A stretch of 64,000 nucleotides of DNA from an uncultured bacterium. GTDB lineage: Bacteria; Patescibacteriota; Minisyncoccia; Phycocordibacterales; PALSA-1337. Where the stretch lies: the NCBI GenBank assembly GCA_963701025.1, contig OY969557.1, positions 506,042-570,041 on the forward strand, given 5' to 3'. The notes beneath the pieces are model-generated. The model saw only the letters and a list, made by a program, of their open reading frames with translations, was not told the DNA's origin and searched no databases. This document shows, piece after piece, positions 17,859 to 26,563 of this stretch. The first letter of the stretch is position 1. Each line of letters opens with the position of its first letter. A program made the position numbers and the translations under genes.

Positions 17859-18482
17859 TTAACCTACAATCTCCACCAGCGTTCCTCTCCTTCCCGGTAT
17901 CGCTCCGGCAACATACAGGATGTTCTCTTCCGGGTCAACGTGAGCGACCTTCAAGTTCTTGACGGTTATGCGATCAGAGCCCATGCGTCCGGCCATGCGC
18001 ATACCAGTCGGCACGCGGTTGCGCAGGCCGCCGCCGATCGAGCCCGGTTCGCGCTCGCTGTGCTTTTGGCCGTGGGAGCGCGGGCCTCCGTGGAAGCCGT
18101 GACGCTTGACCACGCCTTGGAAGCCCTTGCCTTTGGACACTGCTGAAACGACGACCACATCGCCTGCTTTGAACTGTGAAAGCTCTATCTTGTCGCCGAC
18201 CTTAAAAGAAGGAGTTGGGAGTAAGGAGGAAGGAGAAAGACGGAATTCCGACAGGGCGGCAAAGCTTCCAAGGTCTTTCCATTGGCCCTTTTGCGCCTTG
18301 TTGACGCGAACAGGATTGCGCGAACCTTCACCCACCTGGACAGCTTCATAGCCGTCGGCTTCCTTGGTCCTGACTTGGGTGACGATATTCCCGCGGGCGG
18401 CAACGAGCGTAACCGGAATAGCCGCTCCGGAGGCGTCGTAGATCTGGGTCATGTTCAATTTTCTTCCGAGGATGAATTTCAT
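17859..18482 (-). CDS. rplC: 50S ribosomal protein L3
   Basis: GRKLNMTQ, DGYEAVQVG, SKGKGFQGVVKRHGF, MAGRMG. Confidence 0.98.
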   Translation of the reverse strand: MKFILGRKLNMTQIYDASGAAIPVTLVAARGNIVTQVRTKEADGYEAVQVGEGSRNPVRVNKAQKGQWKDLGSFAALSEFRLSPSSLLPTPSFKVGDKIELSQFKAGDVVVVSAVSKGKGFQGVVKRHGFHGGPRSHGQKHSEREPGSIGGGLRNRVPTGMRMAGRMGSDRITVKNLKVAHVDPEENILYVAGAIPGRRGTLVEIVG

Positions 18483-18492
18483 TGGAATATGT

Positions 18493-18563
18493 AATGCGAA
18501 TCTACAAATAGTATCCGAATGCCACGAATTCGTAGCATTAGTGCGTATTCGCAGATTCGGATT
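18493..18563. repeat. ATTCG/CGAAT-periodic palindromic intergenic element
   Basis: GCGAATCTACAAATAGTATCCGAATGCCACGAAT-TCGTAGCATTAGTGCGTATTCGCAGATTCGG. Related copies at 15800-15834, 18996-19068, 30833-30866, 41844-41870 and 61107-61142. Confidence 0.75.
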
Positions 18564-18568
18564 ATGCT

Positions 18569-18988
18569 CTACATCATCTTGACGTCGATGTTCACTCCCG
18601 ATGGCAAGCTCAAGTTCGTGAGAGCTTCGATGACTTTCGGGTTCGGGTTGATGATATCGATGAGCCGCTTGTGTACTCGCATCTCGAACTGCTCGCGGGC
18701 GTTCTTGTCGATGAAAGACGAACGGTTGACGGTGTATTTCTTGATCTCCGTTGGCAATGGCACCGGACCGAGGATTTCGACGTCATAACGCGACGCGGTA
18801 TCCATGATCTGGCGCAGGCTGGCATCCAGGATCTTGTGCTCGTAGGCACGAACGCGGATGCGCAAGTGAGGCAGGGCGCCTTCAGGCTTGGCCTTCTTGG
18901 CCCGGGGTGCTTTCAGCGCCGAAGCCTTCGAGGCGACTGCCGGCTTTGAATGGACCTCCTTCTTGGTTGTGGTCTTGGCTGTAGGCAT
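18569..18988 (-). CDS. rpsJ: 30S ribosomal protein S10 with Lys/Ala-rich N-terminal extension
   Basis: LRIRVRAYEHKILD, GPVPLPT, REQFEMRVHKRLIDI. Confidence 0.97.
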   Translation of the reverse strand: MPTAKTTTKKEVHSKPAVASKASALKAPRAKKAKPEGALPHLRIRVRAYEHKILDASLRQIMDTASRYDVEILGPVPLPTEIKKYTVNRSSFIDKNAREQFEMRVHKRLIDIINPNPKVIEALTNLSLPSGVNIDVKMM

Positions 18989-19068
18989 GATATGTAATCC
19001 TAATCTACGAATCTCATCCGAATGCCGCGAATATTCGTTGTATTCGTGCGATTATTCGTAGATTCGCA

Positions 19069-20256
19069 TTAAGCAATGATCTTGGTGACCACTCCGGCAC
19101 CGACGGTCTTGCCTCCTTCACGGACGGCGAAACGCATCTTTTCCTCGAGGGCGACGGGCGCGACGAGCTTGACCTTGAAAGTGACGGTGTCGCCCGGCAT
19201 GACCATCTCGACCTTCTCGGCGAGGGTCACTTCTCCGGTGACGTCGGTGGTGCGGATATAGAACTGGGGCTTGTAGCCGGTGAAGAACGGGGTGTGGCGG
19301 CCTCCCTCTTCCTTCTTCAAGACGTAGACTTCAGACTCAAATTCGGTGTGAGGCTTGACGGAACCGGGCTTGGCCAATACCTGGCCGCGGGATACATCGT
19401 CCTTGGCGGTGCCGCGCAGAAGCACGCCGGCGTTGTCGCCCGCCATGCCTTCCTTCAGGGACTTGTTGAACATCTCGATGCCGGTCATGACGGTCTTGGT
19501 GGTGTCGCGGAAGCCGACGATCTCGACTTCCTCGCCGACCTTGACCTTTCCGCGCTCGATGCGGCCGGTCACGACCGTGCCGCGGCCTTCGATGGAGAAG
19601 ATGTCCTCGATCGGCATGAGGAACGGCTTGTCAGTCTCGCGAACGGGCTCGGGGATATAAGTGTCGAGGGCGGCCATGAGCTCGTCGATCTTGGCTGTCC
19701 ATTCGGCCTTGCCTTCGAGGGCGCCGGTGGCCGAACCGCGGATGACCGGGACATTCTTGCCGTCGAACTGGTTCTTGGTCAGGAGCTCGCGCACTTCCTC
19801 TTCGACCAGGTCGATGAGGTCTTTTTCCGGTACGATGTCGCACTTGTTGAGGAATACCACGATCTTCGGCACGCCAACCTGGCGGGCCAGAAGGACGTGC
19901 TCGCGGGTCTGCGGCATGACGCCGTCAGTGGCGGAAACGACCAAGATGGCCCCGTCCATCTGGGCGGCGCCGGTGATCATGTTCTTGATGAAGTCGGCGT
20001 GTCCCGGACAGTCGATGTGGGCGTAGTGGCGGGTCGGAGTCTCGTACTCGACGTGCGAGAGCGATATGGTAACGGTCTTGGTGGCATCGCGGACGGTGCC
20101 TCCTTTGGTGATGTCCGCGTAGGCCTTGACGTTGGCCAGGCCTTTCTTGGCCTGGACGGCCAAGATAGCGGCGGTCAAAGTCGACTTGCCGTGGTCGATG
20201 TGACCGATGGTGCCGACGTTGACGTGCGGCTTGGTGCGATTGAATTCTGCTGCCAT
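19069..20256 (-). CDS. tuf: elongation factor Tu
   Basis: [55 protein letters not shown]. Confidence 0.98.
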   Translation of the reverse strand: MAAEFNRTKPHVNVGTIGHIDHGKSTLTAAILAVQAKKGLANVKAYADITKGGTVRDATKTVTISLSHVEYETPTRHYAHIDCPGHADFIKNMITGAAQMDGAILVVSATDGVMPQTREHVLLARQVGVPKIVVFLNKCDIVPEKDLIDLVEEEVRELLTKNQFDGKNVPVIRGSATGALEGKAEWTAKIDELMAALDTYIPEPVRETDKPFLMPIEDIFSIEGRGTVVTGRIERGKVKVGEEVEIVGFRDTTKTVMTGIEMFNKSLKEGMAGDNAGVLLRGTAKDDVSRGQVLAKPGSVKPHTEFESEVYVLKKEEGGRHTPFFTGYKPQFYIRTTDVTGEVTLAEKVEMVMPGDTVTFKVKLVAPVALEEKMRFAVREGGKTVGAGVVTKIIA

Positions 20257-20375
20257 AGTATTTGCTTAGTGCTTTGGCTTGTGGCGCGTGGTCCGCAGGT
20301 AAGCGGGCGAAGCGTCAAGAGCCAAAGATAATGTTGTTAATAGTTAATAAAGCGCCGGGTAGGCGTATGGGGAAG

Positions 20376-20404
20376 AGCATAGCATATGCCCCAAAAACGC
20401 GCAA
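20376..20404 (-). promoter_or_regulatory. sigma70 promoter for tuf-rpsJ-rplC
   Basis: TTGCGC-N17-TATGCT with extended TG, followed by a structured leader of about 110 nt. Confidence 0.65.
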
Positions 20405-20447
20405 ATCTTCTGAGTACACCCGCTTTAGTTGACTAAAGCGCCTTATA

Positions 20448-21902
20448 TTATTGGACGATATTGAACACTCCATCGCTCGAATCGCAATTACTTGTGCCTG
20501 ATTGACAGATCTGGACGCTATATTGGCCGTCGGGAACGGTACCGACGTCACCGGTTCCACCATTACCATTTATATTACTGTATTGGCCCACATCCCAACT
20601 ATATGAATCCTGGTTGATTGCTATGCCTGTAGCTATCGTATATGGCGCGAGCATATACATCGGACACATCGAACCGGCCGGGCACGGTGCTTGATACGGC
20701 ACGAGCTTCAAGTCAGCCGTCGTTGCGGCGAAATAATACGGCGATGTCCAGACGATATTCTGCGTCGTTCCACGCGCCCACGCTTCTCCGCCGTTGGGAG
20801 AGATTATTCTCAAAGGACTAACCGCCGTTGAACCGGTGACATTGACCGTCGAGGTCGTTTGAGCTTGCAGACCCGCATTATCCCTGACAGTGAAAGTGAT
20901 CATGTATGTGCCTGGGTTCGAATAGACGTGAGTGAAGGAAGTACTCTGGATGAAAGCCATCGCCATAGCAGGAGTGGCGCAGGTCGCCGGATAGTTGCAA
21001 TTCGGCGAATCTCCCCAATTCACGGAATAACTCAATACCCCATTGGCCGGATCGCTGGCGTGAATAGTCCATGTGCCCGTCTGATTGACAGAGAGCGACG
21101 TCGGCGCATCTATGCCGCTAATGACCGGCGTTTGACCATTCGTTACCCCATTCGTAGTGATCGTGAAATAATTATCGCTGTCATCGCACTGCGAACCATT
21201 CGTGAGACAAATCTGGATCTTGTATTGGCCAGAGGCTATTGGCGTCATTTGATCAGGACAAGATGTCGCGAACGCATCACATGGTATTGCCAAAGGTACT
21301 GAATTTCCAACATTCCAGGCATACGAATCAGAACCAAGGTTGACCCCGCTCGCAATAGTCAGAGGCGCACGCACCGCGATCATGCATCTGATCGGCTGAC
21401 CGGGCTCCGCACAGGCCGGCACAGGAAATTCAAGTCTGATGTCTCCCGTCTGATTGAGCGCGCCCGGCGTGCCGGTCCACGTGATGTACTGCGTCGTTCC
21501 GGTTTGCCACGTCTCGCCGCCATTTGGCGAAATGACTCGGAGAAAATCGGTCGGATTGTTATCGTTGTTACCGCCGCCGTTCAATATCTGGCGGGTCAAG
21601 GGCCCAAAGAAGCCGAAGGCCGGAAGACTGACGGATGTCTGATATCTGATGAGAGCGGCTTTGGTCTGCGAGCCGAAGTAGCCTTTTGCGGCACTGCCGG
21701 AACTGATGGCCGGTATGTCATAGCCGTTCGAGATGAGCCACGTCTGGAGATTGACCACATCCTGCCCGGAACTGCCGACGGTTAAGTTGTTCGAGAATGT
21801 GTAGTCTTGGGCATAGACGCTCGATTTGGCGCCGGCGACAAGGGCGATAGCGATAATGGCAATGGCAACGGCAATGGCGGTAAAAATGAGATATTTTTTC
21901 AT
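20448..21902 (-). CDS. secreted peptidoglycan-binding, Ig-like/PKD-domain surface protein
   Basis: Signal peptide MKKYLIF..., NLTVGSSGQDVVNLQTWL...GFFGPLTR (PG-binding), SPNGGETW repeats, PKD-like SVNWGD...HVYSNPGTY. Start set at ATG 21902. Confidence 0.85.
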   Translation of the reverse strand: MKKYLIFTAIAVAIAIIAIALVAGAKSSVYAQDYTFSNNLTVGSSGQDVVNLQTWLISNGYDIPAISSGSAAKGYFGSQTKAALIRYQTSVSLPAFGFFGPLTRQILNGGGNNDNNPTDFLRVISPNGGETWQTGTTQYITWTGTPGALNQTGDIRLEFPVPACAEPGQPIRCMIAVRAPLTIASGVNLGSDSYAWNVGNSVPLAIPCDAFATSCPDQMTPIASGQYKIQICLTNGSQCDDSDNYFTITTNGVTNGQTPVISGIDAPTSLSVNQTGTWTIHASDPANGVLSYSVNWGDSPNCNYPATCATPAMAMAFIQSTSFTHVYSNPGTYMITFTVRDNAGLQAQTTSTVNVTGSTAVSPLRIISPNGGEAWARGTTQNIVWTSPYYFAATTADLKLVPYQAPCPAGSMCPMYMLAPYTIATGIAINQDSYSWDVGQYSNINGNGGTGDVGTVPDGQYSVQICQSGTSNCDSSDGVFNIVQ

Positions 21903-21911
21903 GCTGATGAT

Positions 21912-21937
21912 GACGGATGAAATGGATAATTGTTTCA
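21912..21937 (-). promoter_or_regulatory. putative ECF-sigma promoter
   Basis: TGAAAC-N16-CGTC, 9 nt upstream of ATG 21902. Confidence 0.6.
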
Positions 21938-21970
21938 GACCAATGATAGCTCCTAATCGCCAAAATAGGA

Positions 21971-22002
21971 AGAGAAAACCGCCCCGAGGAGGGCGGCTTT
22001 CT
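21971..22002 (-). terminator. intrinsic terminator
   Basis: CCGCCC-tcctcg-GGGCGG followed by TTTTCTCTT on the minus strand, just after the stop at 22024. Confidence 0.75.
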
Positions 22003-22023
22003 GACACAAGAGCTTATTCGCTA

Positions 22024-25000
22024 TTAATGAGTCGCGTACCACTGATTGACCGCCGCATTGACGGCGTCCCAGATGGAGGCGGTGTAGTTTGTTTGCGGCA
22101 ACAAGGCCGTCGCGCTCACTCGAAGTCCGCTAAGCCCTTGGGTAATGGAACTCGCTTGAAGGCTGCTCGGGCTCGTTCCGTAATTTATCTGGTTGACCTG
22201 GAAAGAGGAGAAGCCTGCAGTGCCCGAAGACATGATCGTGCCATTGTAGGTGAACTGACGAGATGAACCGGCGGGGATGACGTAAGAACCATTGCTAGCT
22301 GTCGGATTGGTATCACCGGACAGGTTACCCGGGTTCGTTATAACGCCGGCAATAGGTAGATTCAGTGTGGCAGGTCCTGTGTTCGTGATACCGAGGGATG
22401 TGGACGGATTTGAACTGATATATATGGTGCTGTTAGCGGCAGTAAGCGTGAAGGAGTAGCTGACGTTATAACCAGTGGTGATAGCGACGCCACCGACATT
22501 GCTCGTGATCGGCGAACCGAGGACGGCTGATGTATTGCTGACTTGGACCACACTAGAGACGAATGTGATGGGGCTCCCGCTAAGATTTGCATTTGTCACT
22601 TGGACGGTATTGTACGACTGATCCACGATCACAACATTCGAGTTATTAGCCGCAAGGCTTACCGTAGCGCTGGAACCGTTTAGGGCACCACTTGAATCAG
22701 CGGCAACTGTACCAGAGATGGTGACCGGAATATTGCTACTAGCCGGCAACGGGATACTGATATTGGTGAACGAAACAGACGAACCATTGATAGAGCTTGC
22801 CGAGTAAGTGAGGCCGCCAGCCTTGACCTGGATATCGGAGAATAGGCTAGAAACGGAAGCGCCAGTCGTGTTTATGTTCACATTGAGAGAGTTGAGGGTA
22901 GCGGGTGCGTTCTGGACATTGATGTCGAAGACAGCGAGAGGAACATTATTAGTCTGGGCCGTGGTCGATATTTGTACCATGCCCGCAAGCGGCGAGGAGG
23001 CGTCAAGCGAGAGGGTGGCCGTTGCGGGATTGTTGGTATTTCCAGAAGTTACAGTGAAGGAATTAGACATGGCTTGAGCGCAGGAATAATTCGTACATGG
23101 GGCACCTTGATTGGTACGCTGAACAACCTGTACAAAATAAGATCCTGCTGGAACACTAGAAGGGATAATGAATGATACCGTCTGTTGATTTCCACTTATG
23201 CCAGTTACATTACCGAGTGCATAGATTGGTGATCCCTCTCCTCCAGCATAATCCAGGTTAATCAGATATTGATCTCCCTGTGATGGATTAGAGAACGTGA
23301 CACTCAACTGACTGCCAACTTGAAAAGTTTGTCCTCCTGTTGGAGACACGATACCTACACTTGGTGCATTACCAGTTATAGTCACGTTAAATTCTCCACA
23401 GCTTGTTGTGCTTATGTATGCGCCCGCAGGACAAACAGCTATAGTATATGTACCGTTTGGAATGTTAGAGATCCCTTTCCAATTACCTGATGCTGAGCCG
23501 ACATTCCACTGGAACCAACCACTATTCGGGTACGATGAGGCGAATGGATAATAAGTACTTCCAATCTCAAGATAAATATCGACGGTGGATACATTTCCAG
23601 AAGATGTCCATGTCCATGATCCAAGAGTGGATTGTTGCCAAGTGACACTACTTGAAGGAGAGGTGATTTTGATAGATGACTGGGTGGTCGTCACGGTCAC
23701 CGGCGCGGGAGTGATCGATGAAGCCGGAATCTGCGCCGTCAGAGACGTTCCATCGGTGAATTGGACATAGAGAGTACCACCGGGGAATTGCGAGCGTTCC
23801 GGCTGGCCGTACATGGACAATGTGTGCGTTCCGGCCGTGAAGGATAGCGGTACGTCATAGCTGTGGTTAAGCTGGACGCCATTCTCGTATATCACCAACG
23901 GATAGAGTCCGAAGGCCGATCCGGTGAACCAGCGTTCCCAATTATTACCGTCAGACAGATATATCCATTGAGCGGTCTTCGCCGTCGGCAGAGTCATGAC
24001 GGCGGTCCAATCCCAATCGTTCGAGGTGAAGCCTGTGCCGTTCGACGTGCCCGGTCCGAGAATGCCATATGTGCCGGCCATGTCGCTCGAAGCGCTGGCT
24101 ACGTAAGCATATAGGGATCCCTGCGACTGCGTGGTAGACGGAGCCGGGGCCGGAAAACCGGTTTGATAGGAGCAGGTATAGCCAGCGGGACATGATGGGG
24201 TCGTATTCGTGCTTCCAACCTGTACCGAAGCGCTCGTATGCGCGGTCAGGCCGGCGGCATTTTGAACAGTAAAGACGACATTGTAAGTTCCGGCCATTTT
24301 GTAGACATGACTGAAAGTCGATGTCTGGACGGATGAGCTCTTCATCGCGGAAGGTGTTAGCGCTTCGACGATGGTATCGCCCCAATTGACCGAGTAGGTC
24401 AATGAGCCATTCTGCGGATCGGACGCATTGACCGTCCACGTGCCCATCTGGCCGACATTGAGAGATGTCGGGAATGTGCCGCCGGAGATGACGGGGGGTT
24501 GAGGAGCAGTAGTCTGCGCCAGCGTGATCGTGAAATAATTGTCGCTCGAGTCATGGATCCCTATGACTGCAGGATTGCCATAATCGGAAGCCAACAGGAC
24601 TTTATATTGCCCGGCAATGATGGTTCTCGGAATATTGGTACATTGATAATTCTTACCGAGAGTAGCCGTGAAATAACCTTGGCTGACCGGAGCGCTTCCT
24701 AACAAGCATGTTCCACCATCAGCAAAATTAAGGTAGACATACACATTCCCTGTGAGACCTGATGATATCCATGTCGTCCTAAAATCTACATTTTTCACAC
24801 CGAGACTTATTTGTTCCCCTCCATTGGGATAGGTAACGGTGATGGAAGGCTGGGTGGTGCCTAATGGATTAACAACAAGACTACCGGTCGTTAACTTATT
24901 ATTGTTCGAGTCATACACATAAACCGTGTATTGACCGATAGCAAGCGCCGGCGATACAGTCACTGACCAATTACCGTTTATGACTGAAATCAAACCGCTA

Positions 25001-26340
25001 CCATATATCTTGTCACCGCCATTGCTCCCACTTAAAACAATTCCGACTTGAGTCGTACCATTAGCTGTACCCGATATAGTGGGTGTCAAAGAAGTGGTCT
25101 GCACGCTACTGGTGATAGTGGCAGATGATTGAGTTTGCACGCCACCGAATGTCACCGTGACTTGGAGACTTTGCAGGCCGGAGGTGATAGAGTACCCATT
25201 AACATTGTTTGGATTTGTACTGTAATTGATATCTGCAACCTGAACAATATTGGCTCCGCCAACCGTAGCGGAAGCACTACTCACCGTACCGTTAAATGTA
25301 AACTGGCGTGAAGCGCCCGGAGGAATCATCCAGTAGCTCGATGTGTCGCCAGCCAAAGAGGCTGGGTTCGCCATTATAGCACCTTTATCTGGGCTTGCAT
25401 TCCCATTCTTACTGGCAAAGTCAAGCATTATCGCGCTGGTGAGATATATCGGACTATTCCCTGCCGTCAGGGTGAAGGCAAAAGTAACTGGATAACTTGA
25501 GATGATTCCATTGGTTCCAACAGTAGGTGATCCAAGTGAAGCAGATGTATTGCTGACTTGAACACCGTTGTTGCTGACGGTAGAAGACGCTAGAGTGAAG
25601 TTATTACTTAAACCTTTTATAACAATAAATCCTTTCTCGTTATTAGTATTTACAGGCACGATTACGTGTGCCTCGATGTCTACTTCATATTGGCCTGGAG
25701 AAATTGGATATCCTTGCACGATCTCCGGCAGAGTAGTGTTCCAAGAAAATTGTCCGCTGCTTGCATTCAGACCGCTTGCAATCTCATCCACAATGACACC
25801 ATTAGCACTATTAACAAGATATATATACGTCTCAGAGTTAGAGGGAATATTTTGTGTCGACCATTGAATTGTAAAATTCTGACCTTGTGTAATAGTCTCT
25901 CCTCCTTTTGGATTCACAACCGTTACCGACGATTGTGTCGGATTCGTCGTTGTGCACGATCCATTGAGCGCGGCGCGAGTCAGGGCTCCGAAATATCCGG
26001 TAGCCGGGATGCCAACGCTGGCCTGATATTTGGCCACAGCGCCGGCGGTCTGGTAGCTGTAGACGCCTCTCTGCTGGCGGCCGGAAGACAAAGCCGGGAT
26101 ATCGAAACCGTTGCCCAAAAGCCACGTCTGCAAAGCGACGACGTCAGGACCCCTGCTGCCTATGGTCAGGTTAGTCGACCAGACATAGCAGGAAGAAGCT
26201 CCTCCGCCCCCACCGCCTACCGACACGGGAGTCGATATCGGCGCAATGACTTGGGCTTGTACCGAGACATACGAAAAAGCAACGATCGCGAGAGAGAATG
26301 CCGCGACCGGAACGACGAGCGAGAACAAGGCTCTTTTCAT
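22024..26340 (-). CDS. large (1438 aa) secreted peptidoglycan-binding multi-Ig/PKD surface protein
   Basis: Signal peptide, PG-binding domain (NLTIGSRGPDVVALQTWL...TGYFGALTR), PxGGE Ig-like modules, a PKD module and a duplicated VQVSNTSA.LGSP...SRQFT.NGT module. Confidence 0.85.
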   Translation of the reverse strand: MKRALFSLVVPVAAFSLAIVAFSYVSVQAQVIAPISTPVSVGGGGGGASSCYVWSTNLTIGSRGPDVVALQTWLLGNGFDIPALSSGRQQRGVYSYQTAGAVAKYQASVGIPATGYFGALTRAALNGSCTTTNPTQSSVTVVNPKGGETITQGQNFTIQWSTQNIPSNSETYIYLVNSANGVIVDEIASGLNASSGQFSWNTTLPEIVQGYPISPGQYEVDIEAHVIVPVNTNNEKGFIVIKGLSNNFTLASSTVSNNGVQVSNTSASLGSPTVGTNGIISSYPVTFAFTLTAGNSPIYLTSAIMLDFASKNGNASPDKGAIMANPASLAGDTSSYWMIPPGASRQFTFNGTVSSASATVGGANIVQVADINYSTNPNNVNGYSITSGLQSLQVTVTFGGVQTQSSATITSSVQTTSLTPTISGTANGTTQVGIVLSGSNGGDKIYGSGLISVINGNWSVTVSPALAIGQYTVYVYDSNNNKLTTGSLVVNPLGTTQPSITVTYPNGGEQISLGVKNVDFRTTWISSGLTGNVYVYLNFADGGTCLLGSAPVSQGYFTATLGKNYQCTNIPRTIIAGQYKVLLASDYGNPAVIGIHDSSDNYFTITLAQTTAPQPPVISGGTFPTSLNVGQMGTWTVNASDPQNGSLTYSVNWGDTIVEALTPSAMKSSSVQTSTFSHVYKMAGTYNVVFTVQNAAGLTAHTSASVQVGSTNTTPSCPAGYTCSYQTGFPAPAPSTTQSQGSLYAYVASASSDMAGTYGILGPGTSNGTGFTSNDWDWTAVMTLPTAKTAQWIYLSDGNNWERWFTGSAFGLYPLVIYENGVQLNHSYDVPLSFTAGTHTLSMYGQPERSQFPGGTLYVQFTDGTSLTAQIPASSITPAPVTVTTTQSSIKITSPSSSVTWQQSTLGSWTWTSSGNVSTVDIYLEIGSTYYPFASSYPNSGWFQWNVGSASGNWKGISNIPNGTYTIAVCPAGAYISTTSCGEFNVTITGNAPSVGIVSPTGGQTFQVGSQLSVTFSNPSQGDQYLINLDYAGGEGSPIYALGNVTGISGNQQTVSFIIPSSVPAGSYFVQVVQRTNQGAPCTNYSCAQAMSNSFTVTSGNTNNPATATLSLDASSPLAGMVQISTTAQTNNVPLAVFDINVQNAPATLNSLNVNINTTGASVSSLFSDIQVKAGGLTYSASSINGSSVSFTNISIPLPASSNIPVTISGTVAADSSGALNGSSATVSLAANNSNVVIVDQSYNTVQVTNANLSGSPITFVSSVVQVSNTSAVLGSPITSNVGGVAITTGYNVSYSFTLTAANSTIYISSNPSTSLGITNTGPATLNLPIAGVITNPGNLSGDTNPTASNGSYVIPAGSSRQFTYNGTIMSSGTAGFSSFQVNQINYGTSPSSLQASSITQGLSGLRVSATALLPQTNYTASIWDAVNAAVNQWYATH

Positions 26341-26563
26341 GGTTTTGTGTGATTACTAGGCTGATTAATAGATAATGGACGATATCCAAATACTCATTCG
26401 AGTATACTCCTGCCCCCTGTTTTCACAATAGACGTTGTTAACACCGATGATACAAGGAGAAAGCGACGCTCGCCGTCAGGCAAACATCGCTTGGGTAGTG
26501 GAAACATTATAGCACCACAGCACCATTTGGGAAGGGTGGTTATCCACATGCAAAATTCTGTCT

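Noticed and set aside
19294-20331. Long antisense ORFs (also 11045-11899, 39124-40113 and many shorter ones)
   Set aside because: They are shadows of GC3-rich genes (tuf, rpsC, recJ) and carry no motifs of their own.
26540-26548. DnaA-box-like sequences (26540-48, variants near 48075 and 10480-10497) as oriC
   Set aside because: They are isolated single boxes with no cluster, no unwinding element and no dnaA or dnaN nearby.
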